Shown: one piece after another, positions 1 through 6,844 of the stretch | Position numbering within the stretch: position 1 is the first letter of the stretch | Layout of the letters: the number at the start of each line of letters is the position of its first letter | Origin: a virus | Lineage: Duplodnaviria > Caudoviricetes | DNA length: 35,866 bases | Direction: 5' to 3' (one strand) | Virus record (IMG/VR): IMGVR_UViG_3300043781_000015 | Coordinates: 1-35,866 of that record | Notes under the pieces: generated by a model | Database searches by the model: none | What the model was told of the DNA's origin: nothing | The model's input: only the letters and a program-made list of their open reading frames with translations | Position numbers and translations under genes: made by a program

Positions 1-169
1 ACTGGCGGGTAGTGCCTTTTTTGTTGCATAAATCGATCGTCATTTGCGTTGCAAACAGTACGATCCAAACCAAAGCTACCCAGTTTGCTTTAATGAAATG
101 GCTGGTCATCCACAGATGGACAAAACCACCGCTCAAAAGCGACCAGATCAGTGCTCTAAACGTTCCCAT
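1..169 (-). CDS. small hydrophobic early phage protein (runs to window edge)
   Basis: Read manually: GAGGAGGTG RBS, ATG at 169, MGTFRALIWSLLSGGFVHLWMTSHFIKANWVALVWIVLFATQMTIDLCNKKGTTRQ; two hydrophobic segments. Confidence 0.6.
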   Translation of the reverse strand, partial: MGTFRALIWSLLSGGFVHLWMTSHFIKANWVALVWIVLFATQMTIDLCNKKGTTRQ

Positions 170-279
170 CGTTTCACCTCCTCTTCCAGTCGGTCAATCC
201 GCCGACTAAGCATCATGTGGTCGACTACCATTGCCAGCAGAATTAGTCCACCGACAACGGTGCAAACAAATCCATTCAC
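148..279 (-). CDS. small membrane/coiled-coil early phage protein (43 aa)
   Basis: Read manually: AAGGAGG RBS, GTG start, MNGFVCTVVGGLILLAMVVDHMMLSRRIDRLEEEVKRWERLEH; overlaps its neighbours as expected for translational coupling. Confidence 0.55.
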   Translation of the reverse strand: MNGFVCTVVGGLILLAMVVDHMMLSRRIDRLEEEVKRWERLEH

Positions 280-598
280 CTCACCTCCTTTGCCGTCCAG
301 TCGATCTCGTCGTGGTGCTCATGCATCCACGCTCTCGCATATGGCAGGTAGATCTTAGTGATCTTGCCTTCCCGTGAGCGCCGACGACCCAAGCCTTAGG
401 ATTGCCGTTTTCGATCTGAACCTCAGGGAACTGATCGAAAATGTATAGCCGGATCCAACTTTTAGCTTTGCCGGCGAACAGGTCTGCTCGAATTTCTTCG
501 AGCTTCACCCAATCTTGATCAGGCTTAGCCGGAGATATCAGTGGCGCAACCTGTTTGGCCAAACTAAGCAGGTCCTGCTCAGTCAATGTGATTTCCAT
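276..598 (-). CDS. DUF771-like / excisionase-like small DNA-binding protein (1-nt frameshift near 370)
   Basis: ORF 281..598; adding one base near 370 gives a natural C-terminus GKGKITKIYLPYARAWMHEHHDEIDWTAKEVR*; located just downstream of Rha. Confidence 0.5.
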
Positions 599-610
599 CG
601 CTATACCCTC

Positions 611-1381
611 CTACAGTCCAAGATCGTCGTCTTGGATCTCCAACGCATTATCTTGGAAAACCTTGAGAGCTTCAGGAAAGTATCGCCAAGCTCCTTCTGG
701 GGTCCGATAGCTTAAGTGTTGATCCCGTTTGATCCCCAGCTTGTTACCCCACTTGCCAATCTGAATTGCAGAAACACCTAACTTATTAGCAATCTCGCTT
801 GCGGTATATTCCCGCTGACCACCAACTGGTAAGGAGGTCATTGTGTTAATCGCTTCATTGCGCATTTCTGTTGCCATTCGACGTTCGCCGTAATTGTCAG
901 CAACATTCGCTAATTCCAGCCAGATTTTGGCGTCTTCGTTGCGAAGCTGGTGGTCCTTATTAATGTTTTGTTTCCGCATTTCTGCTAACCACTTGAGCTT
1001 GAATTCTAAGTTCTCACGAGTGAGATTCTTGTCGGCGCCGATCATCTTGCCGTTGTGTTCGGCTTGGTATTGGTTAAACAGTCCAACGTAGGTTGCTGTG
1101 AAGATCGTCCCCTTCTTACCGGTCAACTTGTTGGCCACGAACTCGCAACCTTGTTTCGTTAGCAGGTAGCATTCTCGGGTTTCACCTTTTGCATCTTCAT
1201 ATGTCGATTCAATAAAGAAATCTAACGGGCTCAATTTTGAGCCGGTTGTTAAATCGTTGATATACCGGCGAATATCGCGAATAAGATTCTTATGAAATTT
1301 TCCGATCATCTTCGCAACGTCCCGGCTATCCATAACTTCCTGATCGTTTACCTGCTTGATAATTTTTACTTGGTTTTCCAT
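611..1381 (-). CDS. Rha family phage regulatory protein / antirepressor
   Basis: N-terminal MDSRDVAKMIGKFHKNLIRDI...FFIESTY...CYLLTKQGCEFVANKLTGKKG...FTATYV is typical of Rha; C-terminal HTH-like YTASEIANKLGVS. Confidence 0.85.
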   Translation of the reverse strand: MENQVKIIKQVNDQEVMDSRDVAKMIGKFHKNLIRDIRRYINDLTTGSKLSPLDFFIESTYEDAKGETRECYLLTKQGCEFVANKLTGKKGTIFTATYVGLFNQYQAEHNGKMIGADKNLTRENLEFKLKWLAEMRKQNINKDHQLRNEDAKIWLELANVADNYGERRMATEMRNEAINTMTSLPVGGQREYTASEIANKLGVSAIQIGKWGNKLGIKRDQHLSYRTPEGAWRYFPEALKVFQDNALEIQDDDLGL

Positions 1382-1438
1382 ACTCGTTCCTCCTAATCTT
1401 CCAGCTGGCTTTCTTGGCCAGCGATGATTTCGTACGAC

Positions 1439-1666
1439 TTAACCTGATTGCCTAGCTTTACGAATAAACTCGTTTTTAGGTCCAAAAAAAAGATCATCTT
1501 TATCAACGTGGTATAGCTTCGAAAGCTTGTCCGCCTCTTTAAATGTTAAGCGTGACGAATCACGCTCCCAAGCTGAAAGAGTTTGCCAATGCACACCGAT
1601 CACGGCCGCCGCCTCCTTCATGGTGTAACCATTGTTAACCCGTGCGGCTGTTAATGTTAGTTTCAT
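1439..1666 (-). CDS. cro: Cro-like XRE HTH regulator
   Basis: LTAARVNNGYTMKEAAAVIGVHWQTLSAWE HTH; divergent from the CI gene. Confidence 0.85.
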   Translation of the reverse strand: MKLTLTAARVNNGYTMKEAAAVIGVHWQTLSAWERDSSRLTFKEADKLSKLYHVDKDDLFFGPKNEFIRKARQSG

Positions 1667-1704
1667 TTAATCATCCCTCCTTTGTTTTGATGACTATATC
1701 TTAT

Positions 1705-1718
1705 ACGAGTAAACTCGT
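1705..1718. promoter_or_regulatory. putative CI/Cro operator ACGAGT-AA-ACTCGT
   Basis: Palindrome in the cro-cI intergenic region; a 1-mismatch copy ACGAATAAACTCGT at 1460-1473; a degenerate ACG-N8-CGT at 1726-1739. Confidence 0.7.
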
Positions 1719-1818
1719 TTTGTCAACGTGTTTTTCCGTCTTTTTATCTAAAAAAGTCGTTTCTTTATCCAAGCTTATCCGTTATAATATAGGAAGCAAC
1801 GAAAAGGAGGTGATAAAA

Positions 1819-2469
1819 ATGCCACGTAATAAGCTTTCTCCTCTAGACATCAAGGTGCGCGAAGACATATCCACCAACCTTAAAAGATTGGCACATGGCC
1901 GAACGCAACAGCAAATATCTGATGAAACAGGTATTCCAGTATCGACACTGTCTGGCTACTTTGCCAAAAGGTCTACACCTAACGCAGGTGCCGTTCAAAA
2001 GCTGGCAGATTATTTTGGAGTCAATAAATCTGATATTGATCCGCGTTATGGCCCTGTATCACATGATTTAGAGCCGATTACCTACACGATTAAGATTCCG
2101 CTACTAGGCACTATTGCCTGTGGGGACCCGATCCTAGCGCAGGAAAACGTCGCCGAGTACATCGTGGAGCCGGCCAACCACTTGCCGTCTGGTAAATTAT
2201 TTTATCTCAGGGCCAAAGGTCAATCGATGGAACCAACCATTAAAGATGGGTCGTTGGTTTTAATCCGTGTTCAACCACGTGTGGAAGATGGTGAGATAGC
2301 GGCAGTGTTGTTTACTGATGACAACGAGGCCACACTCAAACGGATAAAACGAGCGGGTGAAGCGATCGTTCTAATACCAGACAACCGGGAGTATGAGCCA
2401 ATCATTGCTAGCAACAATAACCCGGTCAGGATACTTGGTAAAGCCGTCCGAGTAACAACAAATCTATAA
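1819..2469 (+). CDS. cI: CI-like repressor, XRE HTH plus S24 (LexA-type) peptidase
   Basis: AAGGAGG RBS and ATG at 1819; HTH QQQISDETGIPVSTLSGY; IPLLGTIACG cleavage region, GQSMEP serine, ATLKR lysine. Confidence 0.92.
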   Translation: MPRNKLSPLDIKVREDISTNLKRLAHGRTQQQISDETGIPVSTLSGYFAKRSTPNAGAVQKLADYFGVNKSDIDPRYGPVSHDLEPITYTIKIPLLGTIACGDPILAQENVAEYIVEPANHLPSGKLFYLRAKGQSMEPTIKDGSLVLIRVQPRVEDGEIAAVLFTDDNEATLKRIKRAGEAIVLIPDNREYEPIIASNNNPVRILGKAVRVTTNL

Positions 2470-2601
2470 AAAATCCCCTAGTGGCATCGGGTAGATAGCA
2501 CCGCTAGGGGGAAAATAAGGATCAAGCTGATTATATCACAGCTTGGTCTGATACATATACGTCCAAACGTGATTGACGTTAAAAGCTATTAGGAGGAAAT
2601 C

Positions 2602-2964
2602 ATGAAAACCACAAAATTAGTTTCTGGAATCATAATAATTGTATTAGGCGTTATTATTTTCTTTCAATCCATGCTTGCCGGTGTCGGCAATGCTCTTGAT
2701 AACAGCAATTCGCACAGTGGCTCTGCTGGAGTCTTTGTTGCCATTCTATATATTGTTATCGGAATTGTTTATTTAGCAACTCGTAAGAGTCCAAAAATGG
2801 GGGGTGATATTGCTGGTTTAGTAATTGCCATCATTGCATGGATGCTTGGCGCTTTTAATGTTGGAATCTACAAAGATCTTCAAGTATGGGCATGGCTCAT
2901 TTTGATTATTGGGGTAATGTTCTTTATTTGGCATTTTATTACCAATCGAAAAAACAACAATTAA
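2602..2964 (+). CDS. four-TM membrane protein (lysogenic conversion region)
   Basis: Four hydrophobic stretches; AGGAGG RBS; lies between cI and int. Confidence 0.8.
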   Translation: MKTTKLVSGIIIIVLGVIIFFQSMLAGVGNALDNSNSHSGSAGVFVAILYIVIGIVYLATRKSPKMGGDIAGLVIAIIAWMLGAFNVGIYKDLQVWAWLILIIGVMFFIWHFITNRKNNN

Positions 2965-2988
2965 TTGTTGCACTTTAGGAGGAAGAAT

Positions 2989-3564
2989 ATGAAAAAATTA
3001 ACTAGTTTTGCCATAGTATGTGGCCTTTCGCTCTTAGGGGCTAGTACCACTTTAACTCAAACCACTTACGCTAAAGCGACTCAAACAACATTAGGGGCTG
3101 GGACCTATAAAGTAGGAACCGATATCAAGCCCGGTCGTTATACTATTACGGCTCAAAACGGATCTGGAAATGTTACTGGAAGTAACGATTTGAATATCAT
3201 CTTAGGAGATACTACTGACGATGACTCAGGTCAGGTTGATTCCTATACTATGAACCTTAAAAAGGGAGCAAAAGTAGAAATTGATGGTATTGAGTCTACT
3301 GATTTTACTCCTGTTACTAAACGCGCATATCAAACGGAGCTCAAAGCTGGACAATGGGTCGTAGGAAAAGACATTAAGCCAGGGCGTTACACTATTAAAG
3401 CTACTTCTGGATCAGGCAACCTAACAAGCAATGAAGGTATCAATGAAATTTTAGGAACAGAATCAGATAGTGATCTTGGACAAGTGACTCAAACCACCCA
3501 AACGTTACATCGTGGTGAAGTCTTAAATTCCGATCTTGAAGGTATTCAGTTAATCAAGAAATAG
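2989..3564 (+). CDS. secreted protein with a duplicated beta-rich domain
   Basis: AGGAGG RBS and ATG at 2989; signal peptide MKKLTSFAIVCGLSLLGAS...TYA; internal repeat LGAGTYKVGTDIKPGRYTITA / LKAGQWVVGKDIKPGRYTIKA. Confidence 0.8.
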   Translation: MKKLTSFAIVCGLSLLGASTTLTQTTYAKATQTTLGAGTYKVGTDIKPGRYTITAQNGSGNVTGSNDLNIILGDTTDDDSGQVDSYTMNLKKGAKVEIDGIESTDFTPVTKRAYQTELKAGQWVVGKDIKPGRYTIKATSGSGNLTSNEGINEILGTESDSDLGQVTQTTQTLHRGEVLNSDLEGIQLIKK

Positions 3565-3613
3565 CTTAAATTACATTTAATAATAATGACGCTTATGTAA
3601 ATGATTAAAAATA

Positions 3614-3642
3614 AAAATCCCACCCGCGCAAAGCGAGTGGGG
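3614..3642. terminator. stem-loop / probable terminator upstream of integrase
   Basis: AAAATCCCACCCGC-GCAAA-GCGAGTGGGG imperfect hairpin. Confidence 0.45.
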
Positions 3643-3686
3643 AGAAGTTAATTACGTAGCCATTATACCACAAGGGAGTGTGCATT

Positions 3687-4769
3687 ATGGCAAATTTTAT
3701 GAAACGTAACGGAAAATGGCAGGCACGGGTTTCCTGGCGTGATGCTGACGGAAAACTGCATCAAAAATCCAAAGCTGGGTTTGCTACCAAAGCTCAGGCT
3801 AAACTTTACGCAACGGAGTTGGAGTCCGAACTGGGCAAAGGTGTGGATGTATCTGCTGATCCGGTGTTTGCGGACTACTTTGAGCAGTGGTACAAAACAT
3901 ACAGAGAGCCACACCTGGCTGAAAATTCTAAGAATCAGTACGCAGCGAACATTAAAATAGTTAAATTGTATTTTGAACAAATCAAGTTAAAATCAATAAA
4001 TCGCAGTTCTTATCAGCAATTCATTAATGACTTCGGAAAAAATCACGCCAAAGGGACTGTTAAACGTCTGCATACTCAGATTAAATCGTGTGTTAAATCT
4101 GCTTTAGCTGATGGGATCATTACTAAGGATTTTACTTATGGCATAAAAAGCAGCTACAATAGCAGCTTAACTCGCCACGTTGAATATCTGTCCATTGATG
4201 AGTTAAAACGACTAGCAAAAGCAGTGTCTGATGACCTTTCACCAGACAATATCCCTGCCTATATGATTCTGGTAGCAATTTATACCGGCGCTCGTTTTGG
4301 CGAAATTCTTGGTTTAACGTGGGATGACATCAATTTTAAAAATAAAACAATCAGGATCAATAAAACGTGGGACTATCACAACCATCAAGGTTTTCTTCCG
4401 ACTAAGACCCCACATTCAATTCGTACGATTCGTGCTAACCCAACGTTGCTAAACGAATTAAAGCAGCTCGACAATAACCACACTGGCAGTTTTTAAAATC
4501 GAAGGAGCGGATTACATGAATAGTCGGATCAACCGGGCACTCAAACGGTACTTAAAACAAGCCGGCATTAACAAACAAGGCTTTCGTTCCACTCTCTGCG
4601 CCATAGCCATGTGGCATATTTGCTTAGTCAAGGTGTGGACCTTTACGCAATTAGTAAACGGCTGGGCCATGCTAACATGTCGATCACGAGTAACGTCTAT
4701 GCTTATTTTATTGATGAATACAAACGTAAATCTGACAATTTGATTGAATCGAAATTAGACAAACTATAA
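3687..4769 (+). CDS. int: tyrosine integrase (frameshifts near 4490 and 4586)
   Basis: N-terminal arm-binding segment (WQARVSWRDADGK...GFATK); TGARFGEILGLTW; TKTPHSIRTI; third frame reads HSLRHSHVAYLLSQGVDLYAISKRLGHANMSITSNVYAY...DKL* ending at 4769. Confidence 0.93.
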
Positions 4770-4961
4770 AACCGTTGTACGTATGTTGTACAGCGGTTTT
4801 TAAAATGCCTATGTATCAATGGTTTAAGTTTATCAGCGACATTATGCACGAACATATTTATAGATTTTTATAAATAACTATAATCTAAAACCCTTGATTT
4901 AACGCCAAATGAAGAATTATAGAAACCTATAAAGTACAACGCTGATGTACTTTCGTTGTAC
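4770..4961. other. attP region with integrase arm-type repeats
   Basis: GTTGTAC at 4774, 4785 and 4955, GATGTAC at 4944, inverted GTACAAC at 4934, around an AT-rich core directly after int; phage genes on both sides. Confidence 0.72.
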
Positions 4962-4989
4962 AAAAAAACGGCCGTCATAATGACGACCG
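4962..4989 (-). terminator. intrinsic terminator closing the mini-array transcript
   Basis: Minus strand CGGTCGTCAT-T-ATGACGGCCG followed by TTTTTTT. Confidence 0.75.
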
Positions 4990-5137
4990 CAGCCCCACTT
5001 GCGGTGGGGAAAACTTGCTATAAAGCAATATCCCTAATATCAATATTGGGATCACCCCCATGTACGTGGGGAAAACTCTCTTTAAAATCCAAACATCATA
5101 TTGATATCGGGATCACACCCACATACGTGGGGAATAC
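4987..5137 (-). CRISPR. cas-less type I-E mini-CRISPR array (two full repeats, one degenerate terminal repeat, two spacers)
   Basis: Minus-strand repeats GTATTCCCCACGTATGTGGGTGTGATCC (5137-5110), GTTTTCCCCACGTACATGGGGGTGATCC (5076-5049), GTTTTCCCCACCGCAAGTGGGGCTGCGG (5014-4987); spacers of 33 and 34 bp; the 28+33=61 bp period and sequence match lactobacillus type I-E repeats. Confidence 0.88.
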
Positions 5138-5143
5138 GATTTA

Positions 5144-5172
5144 AGTATATATCAAAATAGCAACCTTTTCCA
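5144..5172 (-). promoter_or_regulatory. putative sigma70 promoter of the mini-array
   Basis: TGGAAA-17 bp-TATACT, with the -10 box 6 nt upstream of the first repeat. Confidence 0.5.
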
Positions 5173-5187
5173 GGCTGCTATTTTTTT
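5155..5187 (-). terminator. intrinsic (bidirectional) terminator after the island operon
   Basis: AAAATAGCAACC-TTTTCCA-GGCTGCTATTTT inverted repeat with A/T tails. Confidence 0.7.
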
Positions 5188-5602
5188 ATGCTTTGTAGTA
5201 GTCAAACTTTCCGCTTTCGCAGTTTTCCTTAACGGCTTGTAGCCGTTTTTCAAGTGCCGTCCAGATCTTGTCGGGGTCCTCTGCCATCTCTGGCATCTTC
5301 ATCAGATTGATTGCCCGGCATGTTTGGTAGTCGTGCCAATCGCTTTCGGGATCTTCCAAGTCCCAATCCATTACCCTTTCATAGTCCGGATCCTTGTGGT
5401 AGCCCTGCAGGAAGCCCATGACGTCATAGATGCCGAGCTTTGCGATTTTTTGTTCTGCTTGATTATAATCAAGCACATCTGATACAAGCCAATCAACGTC
5501 TTCAATCATTTGGTTGCGGAACTTTGTATTAATCGAACTTTTATGTTCGAGCAAAAGCTCCATGAGTTTCACATCGTTAAGCTGAAATTCCTTGTAATTC
5601 AT
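5186..5602 (-). CDS. hypothetical acidic protein, 138 aa (anti-defence candidate)
   Basis: Likely start ATG 5602 (MNYKEFQLNDVK) after AGGAAGAAGG; D/E-rich. Confidence 0.7.
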   Translation of the reverse strand: MNYKEFQLNDVKLMELLLEHKSSINTKFRNQMIEDVDWLVSDVLDYNQAEQKIAKLGIYDVMGFLQGYHKDPDYERVMDWDLEDPESDWHDYQTCRAINLMKMPEMAEDPDKIWTALEKRLQAVKENCESGKFDYYKA

Positions 5603-5618
5603 TTTGATTGCCTTCTTC

Positions 5619-5834
5619 CTAAAGCTTAGTAACTTCATCTGGGTTATCCCAGTCACAAGCATCACTTGCATCGATATCTGACTCGTTCCAGTCAGATTTA
5701 GGATACCAGGTAACCATGTACTCGTTGCCCTGCTCATCATGAGCCTGAGCTTCGAAATATGGCTCTTCGTGAGCCCCCGTGATGTAGGCATCCTGGTCCA
5801 AGATCAGCTTGATTCCGTTGTATGTCAGTTCCAT
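5619..5834 (-). CDS. highly acidic 71-aa protein (anti-CRISPR / DNA-mimic candidate)
   Basis: GGAGG RBS, ATG 5834; 18 D/E against 3 K and no R. Confidence 0.72.
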   Translation of the reverse strand: MELTYNGIKLILDQDAYITGAHEEPYFEAQAHDEQGNEYMVTWYPKSDWNESDIDASDACDWDNPDEVTKL

Positions 5835-5835
5835 T

Positions 5836-6051
5836 TTAAAAGCCTCCAATTTTTTCATCTATTGCCTGTTTGAGTTCTTTTAAGTCCTCCACATAGTCCA
5901 TGTGGTTGGCGTTGATATGCTCCTCAGCCTTGCTACCCGGTTTTGGGTTAACAAAGCTGAAAGCCGTCCGCCTTAGCTTTGCATAGCCGGTTCGGTGTGG
6001 GTTTTCTTTTTCCCACTTCCGACTTGCATTAGTCTGAGCCTTAGTTACCAT
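5836..6051 (-). CDS. small protein with basic N-terminus (candidate Aca-like regulator)
   Basis: MVTKAQTNASRKWEKENPHRTGYAKLRRTAFSFV...EDLKELKQAIDEK; resembles small Firmicutes phage 'AQxxAxxKW' proteins; has its own promoter. Confidence 0.72.
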   Translation of the reverse strand: MVTKAQTNASRKWEKENPHRTGYAKLRRTAFSFVNPKPGSKAEEHINANHMDYVEDLKELKQAIDEKIGGF

Positions 6052-6076
6052 TGCATCGCTCCCTTTCTATGCTTCT

Positions 6077-6105
6077 ATTATAACGCCCCGTTAGATAGAT
6101 TGCAA
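6077..6105 (-). promoter_or_regulatory. consensus promoter P2 with internal palindromic operator
   Basis: TTGCAA-17 bp-TATAAT; contains TAACG-GGG-CGTTA. Confidence 0.8.
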
Positions 6106-6521
6106 GGCCTTTTTAGCCAAATCAACGACAATCTTTTCGCAGTAGTCATCGTAGGCCTTGCTTTGCAGTTCACCGGTCTGAACGTCAACCCAAACCTTGA
6201 CGCCCAGTAATTCGCCTGCAAAGTTGTGGGAGATTTCTTCTCCCTGAAACTTGGAGTAGCTGATGTAACCACTCTTGTAGTAGCTGACTTCCATCAGGTC
6301 AGCCTTGACCAGGTTGAAGTACAAACGGTCCTTGCCGTACTTTGTCCAACGGCTGAATCCCTTGTCTTCAAGGGCTTTGATCGTCTTTTCGGACAATCCC
6401 TTAGCCATCTTCCAGGCCATTTTAAGTGCGCCGGCAATGTATTCAATTGCCTTGCCGCCAAACTTCTTAGCAGCGTTCTTTGCAATTTCCAAGCCCTGTT
6501 CATGATGTTTGCCTTAGTCAT
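6091..6521 (-). CDS. hypothetical phage protein, about 143 aa (1-nt frameshift near 6490)
   Basis: MTKANIMNRAW joins EIAKNAAKKFGGKAIEYIAGALKMAW...RWTKYGKDRLYFN when one base is restored; AAGGAAAGGAAG RBS. Confidence 0.72.
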
Positions 6522-6553
6522 AATGATTACTTCCTTTCCTTGATTACATATAT

Positions 6554-6582
6554 ATTATATAACGCCCCGTTATATAATGCAA
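6554..6582 (-). promoter_or_regulatory. consensus promoter P1 overlapped by a perfect 11-bp inverted repeat
   Basis: TTGCAT-17 bp-TATAAT; ATTATATAACG-CCC-CGTTATATAAT at 6554-6578. Confidence 0.82.
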
Positions 6583-6660
6583 TAGTTTTTGCAAAGAAAA
6601 CAAAAAGAATCAAACGCCTATATATCAACGTTTGTACGCATTGTCAAAAAGAAAGCAAAA

Positions 6661-6797
6661 AGAAAAAGGCGGCTACCAATTAAGGCAACCGCCGCCTTGA
6701 TTACATCAAGGCCATGTCTAACGTTTAAGACATCGTTTTTAATATTTTAAATCCACGTGGTTCAAAGACCACGACCAACGTCTCCGTTGGCTATGCC
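6661..6797 (-). ncRNA. putative ~135-nt multi-hairpin small RNA
   Basis: Promoter TTGCTT-17-TAGTAT (6829-6801), four consecutive hairpins, then terminator GGCGGTTGCC-TTAATT-GGTAGCCGCC-TTTTT; no credible ORF. Confidence 0.6.
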
Positions 6798-6844
6798 TTT
6801 ATACTATGACGATTGCCACCAAAAAGCAAGCCTTTTCAAGCAAA

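Noticed and set aside
3614-3642. CCCAC...GTGGG hairpin resembling a solitary type I-E repeat
   Set aside because: It lacks the GT(A/T)TT 5' end and GTGATCC handle and has a different stem length; better explained as a terminator.
3687-4769. Integrase, dit, terS and primase as pseudogenes or programmed frameshifts
   Set aside because: Scattered homopolymer-type indels with intact catalytic motifs point to sequencing error; only the tail chaperone site has a canonical slippery heptamer in the expected place.
4956-5144. 62-aa plus-strand ORF across the mini-array
   Set aside because: No RBS, and the sequence is fully explained by the repeats, spacers and terminator; the repeated peptide pattern just reflects the repeats.
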